Positions 1-11,392 are shown, counted from the first letter of the stretch. The stretch is 64,000 nt of DNA from an uncultured Planctomycetota bacterium (GCA_963823665.1 CAWGMQ010000011.1:672001-736000), one strand, 5' to 3'. Numbers and translations are program-made. The notes: a model not told the origin generated them from the letters alone.

Positions 1-89
1 CGAAGAAACCGAGGGGTCGCAAAGGAAGCTGAGTGGCCGGATAATGGATCTACCGTTTCTCGGACCTGCATTCGAAAGGGATCGCCCGG

Positions 90-1572
90 ATGTCGCCCTC
101 CGACTCACCGCGCCGCGATCCGATCGAAGGTGAGCTAGCCGAGCCGCCGCCGAGCGACCTTTCCGAGTACACCTGGGACAACTCGGACACGGAACGGGTC
201 GAGCCGCAGCAGGTTGAGTCGTACGGAGCGACCGCGCCGGCCCGCACGGAACCGGCGATCGGCGACGACATCGACCGGTTTGTCGAGGTCTTGATCAAGA
301 CGCGCTTGGTGGCGGAGCCCGAGATCCGTGCGCTGTCGGCGCGGTCTGGCGCCGGATTTACAAGGCCGGCGAGTGGACCCATTCGCCGCCGAGCTGATCC
401 GGCTCGGCAAGCTCACGCCTTATCAGGCCGCCGCCATACGGCAGGGTAAGACGAAGGGGTTGTCGATCGGCGAGTACATCGTGCTGGACAAGATCGGCTC
501 CGGGGGGATGGGGCTCGTTTTCAAGGCGCGGCACCGGCAGCTCGCGCGGATCGTTGCCCTCAAGTTACTACCCCCGTCCTTCAGCCGGGATCGAGCTGCC
601 GTGATCCGCTTTCGCCGTGAGGCGGCGGCGGCCGCCAAGTTCCGCCATCGCAATATCGTTGCCGCGATCGACGCAGGTGAAACGCACGGCTTGCTCTTTC
701 TGGTGATGGAGTTCGTCGAAGGGCGGGACCTGTCCCGGACCGTCAAAGAGAAGGGGCCGCTCTCGGTCGAGCAAGCAATCGATTGCATCATCCAGGCGAC
801 TCGGGGTCTGCAAGAAGCACATGATCACGGCATTGTGCATCGAGATATCAAGCCCGCGAATCTGCTGCTCGATCCGACGGGGACGGTCAAGGTGCTCGAC
901 CTCGGGCTGGCGCGGGTGAGCCAACAAGACCCGATCGCCGCCGCGGGCGGGTCCGAGCTCGATTTGACGGTCAGCGGGTCGTTTGTGGGGACGGTGGACT
1001 ACGTGTCGCCCGAGCAGGCGTATGACCCCCGGCTGGCCGACAACCGATCCGACATTTACTCGCTTGGCTGCACGCTGCACTATCTCCTGACCGGCAAGGC
1101 CCCGTTCGGCGGGCAGACCTTCATGGAGCGGTTGCTCGGCCATCGCGAGCGGCCGATCCCCTCGCTGTTTGCGTCGCGTCACGACGTTCCCGAAGCGCTT
1201 GATGCCGCATTTCGATCGCTCCTGGCGAAGTCGCCCGCAGATCGGCCGCAAACCATGGCGGCGGTCGCCGTGGCCCTTGAGGAATGCCGGAAATCCAGCC
1301 GGCGCAAGAAATCTCGACCACTGATGGTCTTCGACGATCGAGAGGAGGACACGAGAGAGAGAGAGGCAACTTATCAGATTGGACGATCGAAGGACGATTC
1401 AGCAGAACCGAGATCGGAGGTTCTCTCGAGCGTTTTTGTGAGGAGCCGTAGGCCAAGCGACGATCGCGAAGAGAGTATCGATGACGCATCTTCGCGGCAA
1501 ACCTGGCAGTTAGTGGCTGCGCTCCTGATCGTGGCGCTTGCACTGCTGGTCGGTTGGGTCTTCATCCGATAA
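90..1572 (+). CDS. Hanks-type Ser/Thr protein kinase with C-terminal TM helix (split by one frameshift near 330-345)
   Basis: IGSGGMG, VALK, HRDIKPAN, DLGLA and GTVDYVSPE motifs in ORF 328..1572; ORF 90..449 supplies a plausible N-terminus in another frame; hydrophobic C-terminus. Confidence 0.9.
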
Positions 1573-1578
1573 TCGGCG

Positions 1579-2550
1579 TTATTCCTCGACACGGGGTTTT
1601 CGTTCCGGCAGCTTCAACCCCATCTCTTTCATGAGCATCTGGAGATCTTCCCACACCTCTCGCTTTGCGTCGGGTTTTCGAAGCAGATAAGACGGGTGAT
1701 ATGTCACGATCGTGGGGATACCCTTGTAGTAGTACCATTTGCCGCGGGCCCGGCCCATCGATGAGTCGCTCTTCAAGAGCCCTTGAAGCGCCACTTTGCC
1801 GAGCAGACAGATAAACTCGGGCCGGATGATGGCGATCTGTTGTTCCAGGTATCCGATGCAATTGTCGCTTTCTTCCAGCGTGGGCGTGCGGTTTTCGGGC
1901 GGGCGACACTTGAGGACGTTGGCGATGAAGACGTCGTCGCGGGAGAGGCCCATGCCTTTGGTGATCATGTCGGTCAAGAGCTGGCCGGCACGCCCGACGA
2001 ACGGCTTGCCCTGACGATCCTCGTCGGCGCCCGGCGCCTCGCCGATGAACATCAGCCGCGTCTGGGCCGGGCCGGTGCCGAAGACCGTCTGTGTCCGGGT
2101 CTCCGCCAGGTACGCGCACTTGCGGCATCCCGCCACGACCGATGCCAGCGAAGCGAGCAAGGCCGGTCGGTCGGCAGGCGGGACGGGCGGAGTGTCGAAC
2201 CCCGGCTCCTTGAAGAGCGGGCCCAGCAGCGAGCTCGGGGGCGCGGCGGCTGGAAGCTGAGCCTCGCGAACCGGGCGAGCCGGGGCCACCGAGCTGTGCT
2301 CGGGAACGGCCGGAAGAACTGGTTCCCGAGAGGCGGGCGGCGGTGGCGGATCGGTGCGCTCGGCTCCGCGACCTTCCGCCGTGGCTGTTCTCGCGGCTCG
2401 GCGTTCGTCGCTTCCCGCAGCCGTGTCGGGCCTGCGAACCGGGCTTAATGGCTCTGTTCTGCCTGGAATGCGATCGATCCCAGCGCGAGCAAGCGATTCC
2501 AGTTCGAGGCGCACGGCTCGCGCCAGAGCTGCGCCGTTCCCGATCGTCAC
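1579..2550 (-). CDS. Uracil-DNA glycosylase family 4 (Fe-S) with Pro-rich N-terminal extension
   Basis: CRKC, GEAPG, GKPFVGRAG, NVLKCRPPENR, YHPSYLLR motifs. Confidence 0.93.
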   Translation of the reverse strand: MTIGNGAALARAVRLELESLARAGIDRIPGRTEPLSPVRRPDTAAGSDERRAARTATAEGRGAERTDPPPPPASREPVLPAVPEHSSVAPARPVREAQLPAAAPPSSLLGPLFKEPGFDTPPVPPADRPALLASLASVVAGCRKCAYLAETRTQTVFGTGPAQTRLMFIGEAPGADEDRQGKPFVGRAGQLLTDMITKGMGLSRDDVFIANVLKCRPPENRTPTLEESDNCIGYLEQQIAIIRPEFICLLGKVALQGLLKSDSSMGRARGKWYYYKGIPTIVTYHPSYLLRKPDAKREVWEDLQMLMKEMGLKLPERKPRVEE

Positions 2551-2641
2551 CGTGTGCGGGGTCAGTCAAAGTCGCGGTCTTGGGTCGGAGGAGCAGGCCG
2601 AATGAGCCGGTGGAAACACCCAGGGAGACAAGCCGGCTCGT

Positions 2642-4030
2642 TCAGGGCTGGGGAACTTTGCGCGACGCCTTGGTGGGAGTTGGATTGTATTCCCGACTCA
2701 TCCACTCGCGCCAGGCAGGGATGTTATAATCAAAATCCTGACCGGTCAGCTTTTGCAGCGCCGCGAGAACCTCCGTGTTCCGATAAGTGAAGGTGACCAC
2801 TCGCGGCTCGGGCTGGGTGTTGATCGGGGCACCAACATTAAACACCTGGCCAGGAATTGCGTACGCCGGTGTCGATACGGTGCCAAAGGCGACGACCCCC
2901 GGCGCGACGGCCGGCGGCGTCATGAACGCAGCGCCGCCGTTGTTCACACCGATCGGGACCAGTGGCGTGCCCCCGATGCCGGGGGCGTTATTGTTGTTTG
3001 GAGGGACCATGACGATCCGCTGCTCGTAGCTCAGAAGCGATCGAATCAGTGCGGGAACGGCTTCCTCGGCACCCAGGTTGTTCAGGGTCCAGGCGGCGCG
3101 ATTGACGACCATGATTTGGTCGGACCCCAGTGCCCGGACAAGCGACCGTACGACGGTCGAGTGATCGCGCTCCTTGAGTTTTTCGTAGATGATCGCACGC
3201 AGGGTCGGGATCGGTTCAGCCAGGATCTGCTTGACCAGTCCGAGGGTCGCCGCCTCTTCGGGAATGACCGAGAGCACCTGGGAAAGGAGTATTCGCATTG
3301 GCTCTTCGTCGTTACCGAGCACGTAAAGAAGCGCCGCGACCGCCTCAGCCTGGCGGATTGCCATCAACTGCGATTCGGCTTCCCGCCTGCGGTCGGTCGA
3401 GCTGCTCACGATGGACTGTCGGAGCATCTTGATTCGTTGCACCCACTCGTGCTTCGTGGCGAGCAGCTTGTCGTCGGCCTCGCGCTGGCTGCGCTCTTCG
3501 GCCGAGACCCAGCGGCCCTTGTACTTGACTAGGCCCTGGATTGCATTCAATTCGTCACGAGTAACCCAATAGCCGCCGTGATAAAAATGCCCGAGCTTCT
3601 TGTGGGCGGGCCCGAACGACTTGTCAATCGCGAGCGCCGCCTCGAAATGGAGCTTCGCCAGATCGGCGAGCTTGTTCTGCTCACACCAAATGCCCAGATC
3701 AAACTGACCCTGCGCGGTCTCTGCAGCCTTCTTTTTTTTGTCGAAGTACGAGTCGAGCGCTGTGGGTTTGGTAACGACCTCGAGGATTTGCACCTTCTTC
3801 ATCGAAAGTGGTTTGCGGCCCTTGAGCAGCCAAACCTGCACTTTATCCTTGTCCTTCGGGTCCGGCACCACCTTGCCCTCGACCTGCCCGCCGCCCCTGA
3901 GCGTGATTGTGTCTGCATGGAGCACACGCGGGATAAGACCCACGGCGATTGCCGAGGCCACCCCGATCACGAACGATCCGCAGACCAGGAAGCTCACAAT
4001 GCACCGCGAGGCCCTGCAGGCTGCGAGCAT
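2642..4030 (-). CDS. Secreted HEAT-repeat domain protein (planctomycete type)
   Basis: Signal-like N-terminus ending ADTITLRGGG; 'GLVKYKGRWVS' segment; helical repeats such as VVNRAAWTL..L and AVPALIRSL. Confidence 0.75.
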   Translation of the reverse strand: MLAACRASRCIVSFLVCGSFVIGVASAIAVGLIPRVLHADTITLRGGGQVEGKVVPDPKDKDKVQVWLLKGRKPLSMKKVQILEVVTKPTALDSYFDKKKKAAETAQGQFDLGIWCEQNKLADLAKLHFEAALAIDKSFGPAHKKLGHFYHGGYWVTRDELNAIQGLVKYKGRWVSAEERSQREADDKLLATKHEWVQRIKMLRQSIVSSSTDRRREAESQLMAIRQAEAVAALLYVLGNDEEPMRILLSQVLSVIPEEAATLGLVKQILAEPIPTLRAIIYEKLKERDHSTVVRSLVRALGSDQIMVVNRAAWTLNNLGAEEAVPALIRSLLSYEQRIVMVPPNNNNAPGIGGTPLVPIGVNNGGAAFMTPPAVAPGVVAFGTVSTPAYAIPGQVFNVGAPINTQPEPRVVTFTYRNTEVLAALQKLTGQDFDYNIPAWREWMSREYNPTPTKASRKVPQP

Positions 4031-4255
4031 GATACTTCTCCCAGGCCGCTTGCGCAGCCGGCATCAGGCAAGATGATTCGATTCGAGAAGTAGACGATTC
4101 TGCGACGCATCATCTTCGGCTGGATCAATACGACAACGCCTGTATTCTAAATGATCGGCGCTTCCGGCGACAATCGACTCGCCCATTTCTCTGCAAAATG
4201 TAAGACTGGGCAAAATGGATCGTCCTTGCGATTGAGGGTTTCGGGAGCAAGAACT

Positions 4256-4768
4256 GTGGGGCAATCTGTACTGGAGCATCGCGCGGCCGGCAGCGGTTCG
4301 TTGAATCTCGCTGTCTTGACCGTTTCTGATACGCGCACCCTGGAAACTGATGCCTCCGGAGCGTTGATCGCCGCTCTGGCCACGGAAGCTGGCCATCGCG
4401 TGGTCAGCCGGGAGATCGTGCGCGATGAGCCGGTGCAGATGACAGCGCAATTCCTCAATTTGCATGGCCGCGATGATCTCCACGCTGTGTTGGTCACGGG
4501 TGGGACGGGAATCAGCCCGCGAGATCAGACATTTGAAACCGTTTCGGCGCTGTTGACGAAGCCGCTGCCGGGCTACGGCGAACTATTCCGGATGCTGAGC
4601 TTCGCGGAAATCGGTCCGGCGTGCCTTCTCAGCCGGGCTCTGGGCGGTCTGATGGACAAACTTGTGATCCTGGTGATGCCTGGCTCGCGTGCGGCGGTGG
4701 AGTTGGCGATGCGGAAGATCATTCTTCCCGAGCTTCCTCACATCGTTCACGAGGCCCGCAAGGCGTGA
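4256..4768 (+). CDS. moaB: Molybdenum cofactor biosynthesis protein MoaB/Mog family
   Basis: LTVSDTR, TGGTG, RDQTFE, PGYGELFR, MPGS motifs; GTG at 4256 after GGGAG is the likelier start. Confidence 0.88.
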   Translation: MGQSVLEHRAAGSGSLNLAVLTVSDTRTLETDASGALIAALATEAGHRVVSREIVRDEPVQMTAQFLNLHGRDDLHAVLVTGGTGISPRDQTFETVSALLTKPLPGYGELFRMLSFAEIGPACLLSRALGGLMDKLVILVMPGSRAAVELAMRKIILPELPHIVHEARKA

Positions 4769-4910
4769 CATGCGCATTCTTGCGCAAACGTGGCGAGAAT
4801 GGTGCGATCGCGCGCTCGAAAGTACGCAGTCGGGCCGGAACCGGAACCATGGCGACGGCGATCTTCCGCGGCATGCCGGCTCCGCGCGGCCTCGACACCG
4901 GTCGACCGCC

Positions 4911-5858
4911 TTATTCCTTCTTCTTGAACAGGTCAAGAAAGCGGTCCTCGTACTCACGGTAGACTTCAAGGCGATCCAGTTCTCGCTTCAGCTCGTAGGC
5001 GCTCGAGCGATCCAGGATGGCTTGCTCGAACAGTCGCTCGATTCGTTCGCGATCCTCGCTGCTGGGCTCATCTCCCTCGGCAGCTTCCCGCCGGATTGCC
5101 TCGCTCGTCTCGTCTCTTTCTTCCTCGGCTTGCCCGCCCTGCCGCATGGCTTGCTGCATCTGTGAGAGCAGCTCGCCGAGCTTCTCGTTCATCTCGTTCG
5201 CTTGGGTCGCAAGCTCGGTCAGGTCGATATCGATCTGCGCGATAGCTCTGAACACAGTCAGCACAGCCAGCGACGCTTTGGGGTACGGGAGCTGGGCGAA
5301 GATGTGGGGCATCTCACCCAGCAGACATCCGCCCCGCAGCCCGTGCTCGGCCGCGACGCCCAGCAGGATTCCGTTGAGACCTCCGATGTTGCCGTCGTCC
5401 AGAACGTGGAGATCCACCTGCTTGAATTCGTTCAAGGTTTCGACGTCCGTGGCGGCGGCGAAGACCCGCGAATCCGCTTCATGCTCCATCTCGGTGGCCA
5501 TCGCTGCAAATGTATAAACCCGCGCGACGCCGATCTTTTTCGCAAACTCGATCAGCCTGTGGCAGAACGCGTAGCGACCCTTCGAGGGCTGCGCGTCACC
5601 GATGAACAGCACCACATCCCGCCGGCCCTTGGGGTCGGTCCAGACAAAGAACCGGCTCCGCGGCAGGCGTCCGGTGCTGATCAATCCATCCTTCACCTCG
5701 ACGTGCTCGACATCGAACAACTCGTGCGCCGGAAATTCCGTCAAGATGTGCATCTCGAGCTTCGTCATGAGGTAGTAGCCCGCGCTGATCGCGACATGTC
5801 CCATGCCGGGCCAGACCGCGACCATCCAGGGTTGGTTCAGTTTGAGTTCGGCCGCCAT
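4911..5858 (-). CDS. PAC2 (proteasome assembly chaperone-like) family protein
   Basis: WPGMGHVA, GDAQP, IGGLNGILLG, P.PKAS motifs. Confidence 0.8.
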   Translation of the reverse strand: MAAELKLNQPWMVAVWPGMGHVAISAGYYLMTKLEMHILTEFPAHELFDVEHVEVKDGLISTGRLPRSRFFVWTDPKGRRDVVLFIGDAQPSKGRYAFCHRLIEFAKKIGVARVYTFAAMATEMEHEADSRVFAAATDVETLNEFKQVDLHVLDDGNIGGLNGILLGVAAEHGLRGGCLLGEMPHIFAQLPYPKASLAVLTVFRAIAQIDIDLTELATQANEMNEKLGELLSQMQQAMRQGGQAEEERDETSEAIRREAAEGDEPSSEDRERIERLFEQAILDRSSAYELKRELDRLEVYREYEDRFLDLFKKKE

Positions 5859-5975
5859 CTGTCTGTCTCCCGTTCTTGAATGATTGCTTCCCAGGCGATC
5901 ATGTCAACCGCGGCTGTTGCCCGCAAGATGGAGCACGGGCACTTGAGCGCGGGACATGCGATCCGATCGACCAGG

Positions 5976-7445
5976 TCACGACCTGACACGGCCCCTCGCC
6001 CACGTGTAAAGCGCAATCGCGGCGGCGGTCGCGGCGTTGAGAGATTCGACACCGGGAGCGATCGGGATCCGCCGGCGCTTCAGTCGCCGCAATGCCTCAG
6101 GTAGCCCCGGACCCTCCGCGCCGGCGATCAGCCCAAACCGCTCGGGGAACGGCTCGCGTTCGAGCTCATCGCCGGTGAGGTCAAGGACGATGAGCGGCGC
6201 TCCCTCGACCCGGAGCTCCGCCAGCGCCGGCCCGGCTTCGAGCGTGACCTGAAAAATCGCGGGCCCTGCCGCCCGGCTCGCCCGTGGTAGGAAAGGGTGA
6301 GCTGCCTCACGGAGTAGAACCACTCGCGCGGCTCCAAAAGCCGCTGCCGAACGAATCACTGCTCCGACATTCTCCGGATCTTGAAACGGCACAAAAACGG
6401 TGCAGCCGGCTGGCCATGCCTCGTCGTCCGACCAGCGCGCGATCGTTGGCACTCTAACAAGGAGAAGTGCGTCATCGGTGCCAACCACGTCAATTTGTTT
6501 GAAGAGCGAACCGCCAAACCGGAGCCAGTCGATTGAATCATCCGGCGGGGGTGGTCCTTCGGGGCCGGTCAACCAGCCCAGCACCCGGTCTCGGAACCTG
6601 GCCAGCACCTCGGACCGGATCCGCGCTCCACTCAAGATTGCCTCACCGCGCTTGCGGATGCCCCGGCCGCCGAGAATCTCGCGACAATGCTGGAAAGTGG
6701 GGTTGGACGCGCTCTGGATTTCCCGTACGCGACCCGTGAACCCGCCCGGCGCCGCGCGAGCCGCCCGCTTCGGCTCTGGCAAGTCAGGTCCGTTCCCCTG
6801 CTCTCTTTCCGTACGCTCAAAGACCACCAACCGCCGGTCGTGGGTTGTGCCCGGTATTGTGTAAGCGTGGTTCGCCGCCAAGCGGAAGAATTCACCGTGC
6901 GAGCTCACCGCCTCGGCAACTTCCGGATCGCATCGCGGTCCCTTCATGAAAATCACCTTGCCGCCACCCGTCAGCCAACCGCCGACGCGATCGAGCGTCT
7001 CGGGTATCGGACCGACCGCACGGCTGATCACGCCGCCGGCAGTCTCGGGAAAATCAGGGCCAAGCTTGCGGCTGTACACTTCGATGCCAGGAAGGCCCAG
7101 TCGCTCGCAAACGTCACGCAGAAAGGCGACGCGTGCACCGCGTGGCTCCGCCAGGATCATCCGAACGCCAGGCCGGGCGATCTTCAGCGGAATCCCAGGC
7201 AAACCCGGCCCCGAGCCCATATCGATCAGCGGTTCCGGCAAGTCAACATAGCGCAGCACCAGCAGGCTATCGACGTAATGCTTCAGCACCATGTTCTCGA
7301 AATTGTGGATCCTCGTCAGATTTAACTCGGCGTTGGCCTGGCGAAGCATTCGGTGATATCGCCACAAACGCTCAACCCCAGCGGCGTCCAGCACGATGCC
7401 GCACCGCTTCAATATGCTCTCGAGCGCGTCCGGTCCGGGGGTCAC
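5976..7445 (-). CDS. rsmG: Fused 16S rRNA m7G527 methyltransferase RsmG + TrmH/SpoU-type (SPOUT) RNA methyltransferase
   Basis: N-half: NLTRI, HYVDSL, DMGSGPGLPGIPL, SRAV, MKG; C-half: IQSASNP, QDPENVGAVIRSA, GAEGPGL, VESLNAATA; single open frame; start uncertain (ORF track 7604). Confidence 0.87.
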   Translation of the reverse strand: MTPGPDALESILKRCGIVLDAAGVERLWRYHRMLRQANAELNLTRIHNFENMVLKHYVDSLLVLRYVDLPEPLIDMGSGPGLPGIPLKIARPGVRMILAEPRGARVAFLRDVCERLGLPGIEVYSRKLGPDFPETAGGVISRAVGPIPETLDRVGGWLTGGGKVIFMKGPRCDPEVAEAVSSHGEFFRLAANHAYTIPGTTHDRRLVVFERTEREQGNGPDLPEPKRAARAAPGGFTGRVREIQSASNPTFQHCREILGGRGIRKRGEAILSGARIRSEVLARFRDRVLGWLTGPEGPPPPDDSIDWLRFGGSLFKQIDVVGTDDALLLVRVPTIARWSDDEAWPAGCTVFVPFQDPENVGAVIRSAAAFGAARVVLLREAAHPFLPRASRAAGPAIFQVTLEAGPALAELRVEGAPLIVLDLTGDELEREPFPERFGLIAGAEGPGLPEALRRLKRRRIPIAPGVESLNAATAAAIALYTWARGRVRS

Positions 7446-7860
7446 GACGATATGCCTCGCCTTGGTTCGTGATGGCGCCCGACGAAAGCCACCCACATGC
7501 CCGCGACTCGCGGGACTCGAATTGAACCACTGCACCACATGAATCCTTCCCCGGTCTCGATCCGAAGCCGGAAACGGAAGCGTGACAACCATTTTAACCG
7601 ACAAGGAAAATCACTCCTACCCGCTGGCGTACGGCAATGACTGTGGTATGATCTACCCAACCAGAACCTTTCCAACGCGAACAGACACGAACGCGATCCT
7701 GCGTGGGTGGTCCTAAAGACCACGTGGCGAATGGCATCAGGCACCATGCGGTCGACCCCGCATCGGCCGTATCGGAATGCTCTGCGATCGCGCATGGCCG
7801 CGCATTCGAATAAGATCAGCGCTTCGGACGGCCCATGTGGTTCCGCACGAGGGCAACACC

Positions 7861-9639
7861 ATGAAACGACGCCATCGGACCGGATCGATTGCGGGGTGCT
7901 TCGTGGGAAGTGACCGAAGATCGGCCACGAGCGGCAGGCGACGGAATCGGCCCTGCCTTGACGGTCTCGAGCCGCGCTGCTTGCTCTCCGCGGTCAGTGA
8001 GTTTCGCGTCCCTAGCGGTACCGGCGCCTCTCCTGACGGGATGACTGCGGGTCCAGGAGATAGCATCTGGTTCACGGAGTTTGGCGCCGACAAGATAGGG
8101 ACGATCAACTCCGTAAGCCACGCGATTTCGGAATTCCCGATTCCCACTCCGAATGCCGAGCCTTTCCGGATTGCTCTTGGTCCCGACGGCAACTTGTGGT
8201 TCACCGAATTCAACGTCGGCCAGATCGGCATGATCAACCCGATCACCGACAAGATCACCGAGTATTCCCTTCCAAACGTGAACGCAATGCCGTTCGGAAT
8301 CGCAGCCGGTCCGGATGACACGGTCTGGTTCACCGAATGGTCCGGGAACCAGATCGGGTCGATCGACACCCAGTCCGGCAAAATTACCGAATACCCCATC
8401 CCGACCATGAACTCGGTCCCGGAGGGGATCACACTCGGCTCCGATGGCAACATCTGGTTCACGGAGAGCCAGGGCAACCAGATCGCGAGTTTCGATACGA
8501 CCAGTCACACGTTTGCGGAACACCCGCTGCCAACGGCCGCGGCGCAACCATACGGGATCACGACGGGCCCCGACGGCAACCTTTATTTCACCGAGTACTC
8601 CGGCAACCAGATCGGCGTTTATAGCGTGCATGATTCTGCTTTCTTGAATCCCATCATGATCCCCACGTCGAACACCGAGCCGACGGAGATCACATCTGAC
8701 GCTGTGGGCAACCTCTGGTTCACACAGAGCAAGACGAATCAGGTGGCGATGCTCGACCCCTCGACCGGGGCAATCACCGAATATGCCACGCCGGCCGCAG
8801 TGTCCGGTCCGCGTGGGATCGCCGCCGCGAGCGACGGATCGATCTGGTTCGCCGAGCTGAATTCCGGAAGAGTCGCCACGATTGCTCCCAGCCTGCAGAT
8901 CGTCGTGACCAGCTCTCCTCCGCTCGACATGAAGCTTGGCGATACCTTCGGCTTGACCGTCGCCGTCGAGTTTCTCTCGGGGGGCGGCGTTGATACCGGT
9001 TATGACGGCAGCGTCGACCTGGTGCTCCCCGGTGCACCAAGCACCGGCACACTCGTTGGAACGACCACCGTCACGGCCTCCAATGGCATCGCCTCGTTCA
9101 GTGGCCTTTCCTTCGCGCATCAAGGTAATTTCCAGATCCAGGTCGAGAGTGCAGGCGCCACACAGGCCACCATCGGTACGATCGATGTCACCGGTCCGAC
9201 AGGCTCGTCTCCCATCCACCCGCGTGCCGCGGCCCCCGCTGCGCCTGTCGTGCTCGGCGAGCAACTCGTGTTCGCCGGCAAGGGAAAGCAACGTTATGTC
9301 GCCGGCGTTGTGCTCACATTCAGCTCCGCACTTGACCCGGCGACGGCCGGCAATTCCTCCAATTACAGCGTGGTTCAGGCAAGCATGGCCGGCGGCCGGG
9401 CGAAGGCGATCAAACCCGTGCGGCTGCACGTCGCTTACAAGGCCGCGGCGCACGTCGTGAAGCTGACCTTCTCCGGCAAGCCGCGTTTCACGGCTGGCGG
9501 CCAGCTCGTGCTGATCGCCGCCGGGCCGACCGGCATCGCCAGCTCCTCCGGTGTGCCCCTGGATGGCAACACGGGAAACCAGCCCGGCGCGGATGCCGTC
9601 TACACAATTCTGCCAGGAGCTCAGGGGATCAGCGGTTGA
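7861..9639 (+). CDS. Extracellular Vgb/NHL-like beta-propeller protein with planctomycete LEPRxLLS N-terminus
   Basis: LEPRCLLS; seven repeats of P.GI..GPDGNLWFTE...NQIG; C-terminal beta-rich domain (LTFSSALD...LDGN). Confidence 0.85.
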   Translation: MKRRHRTGSIAGCFVGSDRRSATSGRRRNRPCLDGLEPRCLLSAVSEFRVPSGTGASPDGMTAGPGDSIWFTEFGADKIGTINSVSHAISEFPIPTPNAEPFRIALGPDGNLWFTEFNVGQIGMINPITDKITEYSLPNVNAMPFGIAAGPDDTVWFTEWSGNQIGSIDTQSGKITEYPIPTMNSVPEGITLGSDGNIWFTESQGNQIASFDTTSHTFAEHPLPTAAAQPYGITTGPDGNLYFTEYSGNQIGVYSVHDSAFLNPIMIPTSNTEPTEITSDAVGNLWFTQSKTNQVAMLDPSTGAITEYATPAAVSGPRGIAAASDGSIWFAELNSGRVATIAPSLQIVVTSSPPLDMKLGDTFGLTVAVEFLSGGGVDTGYDGSVDLVLPGAPSTGTLVGTTTVTASNGIASFSGLSFAHQGNFQIQVESAGATQATIGTIDVTGPTGSSPIHPRAAAPAAPVVLGEQLVFAGKGKQRYVAGVVLTFSSALDPATAGNSSNYSVVQASMAGGRAKAIKPVRLHVAYKAAAHVVKLTFSGKPRFTAGGQLVLIAAGPTGIASSSGVPLDGNTGNQPGADAVYTILPGAQGISG

Positions 9640-9649
9640 ATACGTTTGT

Positions 9650-10543
9650 TTAACTGCTCGCGCTCCGATAAGAACGAAGTGCATACTGAAAGAAGCGTCG
9701 GCTCAGCCAGAGCAACACGGCGGCCGCCGTGACCGTGACGCCCACGGCCCGACCGTCCAGCATCCGCACCATCGCGTTCGCCGGCACGTTGACGACCACC
9801 AGGATCGGCATGCAGTACGTGAAAAACGTCCCCAGGTCGGCCCAGCGCCCGGCAAATATCTCGCGCGGGTACCGCGCCACGCTGGAAAACAGCCACCACA
9901 TCTCCATCAAGCTCTGATTCCTGACCATCCATACCGAAACCGAAGTCAAGAACAACATGAAACTGTAGGCGATCGCCGTGCCACACGCGACCGTGAGCAG
10001 AAAGGTCAGCACGCGCAAGAGATCGAACGGCCAGCCCATCTGATAGAGCGCAATCCCCATCACGGCGCCCCCCATCAAGACGTTGGGTGCGGTTCCCCAA
10101 TCAATGCGGCGACATGTGATCAAAAACTGCTCATCGATCGGTTTGACCAGCAACCCGTCGAGATCGCCGGTTCGCACCAGCTCGGCGAACTCGTTGCAGT
10201 TATCCAGGAAAAACATCTCGATGATGCCGTTTATCGCAAAGAAACACCCGACGAAAAAGAAGTATTGCGGTTCGGTCCAGCCGGCAATCGTGTTCGTTCT
10301 CGCGAACACGGTCCGGTAGAATGCGACCATGATCGCCAGCCAGAGCACCTCGACCGACACCTTGACCAGGAAGTTCCCCCGAAACGCCATCTCGCGGTAA
10401 AGGGTGTACCGCCCCAGGCTCGCCAGCAGCCGCAGGTACCTTCCCAAAGGCAGCCAGATCCGCACTGCGCTAGCCTCCAAACGCGCTGTAACGTCGCAGG
10501 CCGAGCCGGTACAGAAACCGCGCCAGCAACATGAAGAAAACAA
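9650..10543 (-). CDS. ABC-2 family transporter permease
   Basis: GDLDGLLVKPID motif; six TM segments; downstream of second permease and ATPase. Confidence 0.85.
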   Translation of the reverse strand: MFSSCCWRGFCTGSACDVTARLEASAVRIWLPLGRYLRLLASLGRYTLYREMAFRGNFLVKVSVEVLWLAIMVAFYRTVFARTNTIAGWTEPQYFFFVGCFFAINGIIEMFFLDNCNEFAELVRTGDLDGLLVKPIDEQFLITCRRIDWGTAPNVLMGGAVMGIALYQMGWPFDLLRVLTFLLTVACGTAIAYSFMLFLTSVSVWMVRNQSLMEMWWLFSSVARYPREIFAGRWADLGTFFTYCMPILVVVNVPANAMVRMLDGRAVGVTVTAAAVLLWLSRRFFQYALRSYRSASS

Positions 10544-11392
10544 TCCAGGCCAGCTCGCCGGCGAGGAAATAAACCAGGTCCATTCCTTTGACCTTCCCCA
10601 GGAACACGACGGCCGGGAAGTAGGCCATGTAGTGAAAAGGAAGCAACATGAGCAAGTTGTACCACCACTTCGGCAGCAGATCGAGCGGCAGCATGTGCCC
10701 CGATATAAAAAAGTTCAAAGTCATGACGATATACAGAAGGGATGTGACTTCGAGGAACCAGAATCCGACCATCCCCACGCACGCCTCGAAGAAAAAGCCG
10801 ACCAGAAACGACAGCACGAGCGATACGGCGAAGGCTACGAGCGTCGGCAGGTCGGGAAACCGCTCGAAAAAGCCGCTGCACAGGTAGAAAAGCAGGAAGT
10901 AAGGCAGGAATGACGCGATGATATACGTCACCTTGTGGGCGACCCGATAGACAAGCAGGTAGCCGATCAGGTCGATCGGCTGGAGCATGTAACGCTTCAT
11001 CGTCCCTTCGCGAATCTCCCTGGCTATCCCCCCTGCCAGTCCCGGCATGCTCGAGAACATCCGGCTGATATTGGTCAGCAGCAGATACGCGATCATCTCG
11101 TGTTCGCCAAAGCCGGCCAGCTCGGTTTCTCCCGATCCCTTGTAGATCGCCTGCCACAGCAGGATGGTGGTCACCATCGGCAGGAAGCGGAGCAGAGTTC
11201 CCAGCAGAAAGTCGCCGCGGTAGGTCATTCGCTCGGCGAACGATACCCGGAAAATCGCCCAGTACTTGACCGCCCGCTGCCGCCGCGAGCGCGGCGCTGG
11301 CGCGTCATCGAACGAGACGGCGGCCTTTTCGGCGCACGTCCGTTCGGCAAACCCTCGCCGAGCTCGACCGCGAGCGATTCAGGCTGCGTCAT
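10470..11392 (-). CDS. ABC-2 family transporter permease (5' frameshift near 11335)
   Basis: YRGDFLLG, IREGTMKRYMLQP, RRYSAFGG; frame extends upstream of 11228 (RAVKYWAIFRVSFAERM); ATG at 11392 overlapping the ATPase end is in another frame. Confidence 0.82.

Noticed and set aside
7861..9639. Streptogramin B resistance (Vgb lyase)
   Set aside because: Repeat similarity only; architecture is that of an exported structural or adhesive protein
7816..9684. 622-aa minus-strand ORF
   Set aside because: Antisense shadow of the beta-propeller gene in GC-rich DNA
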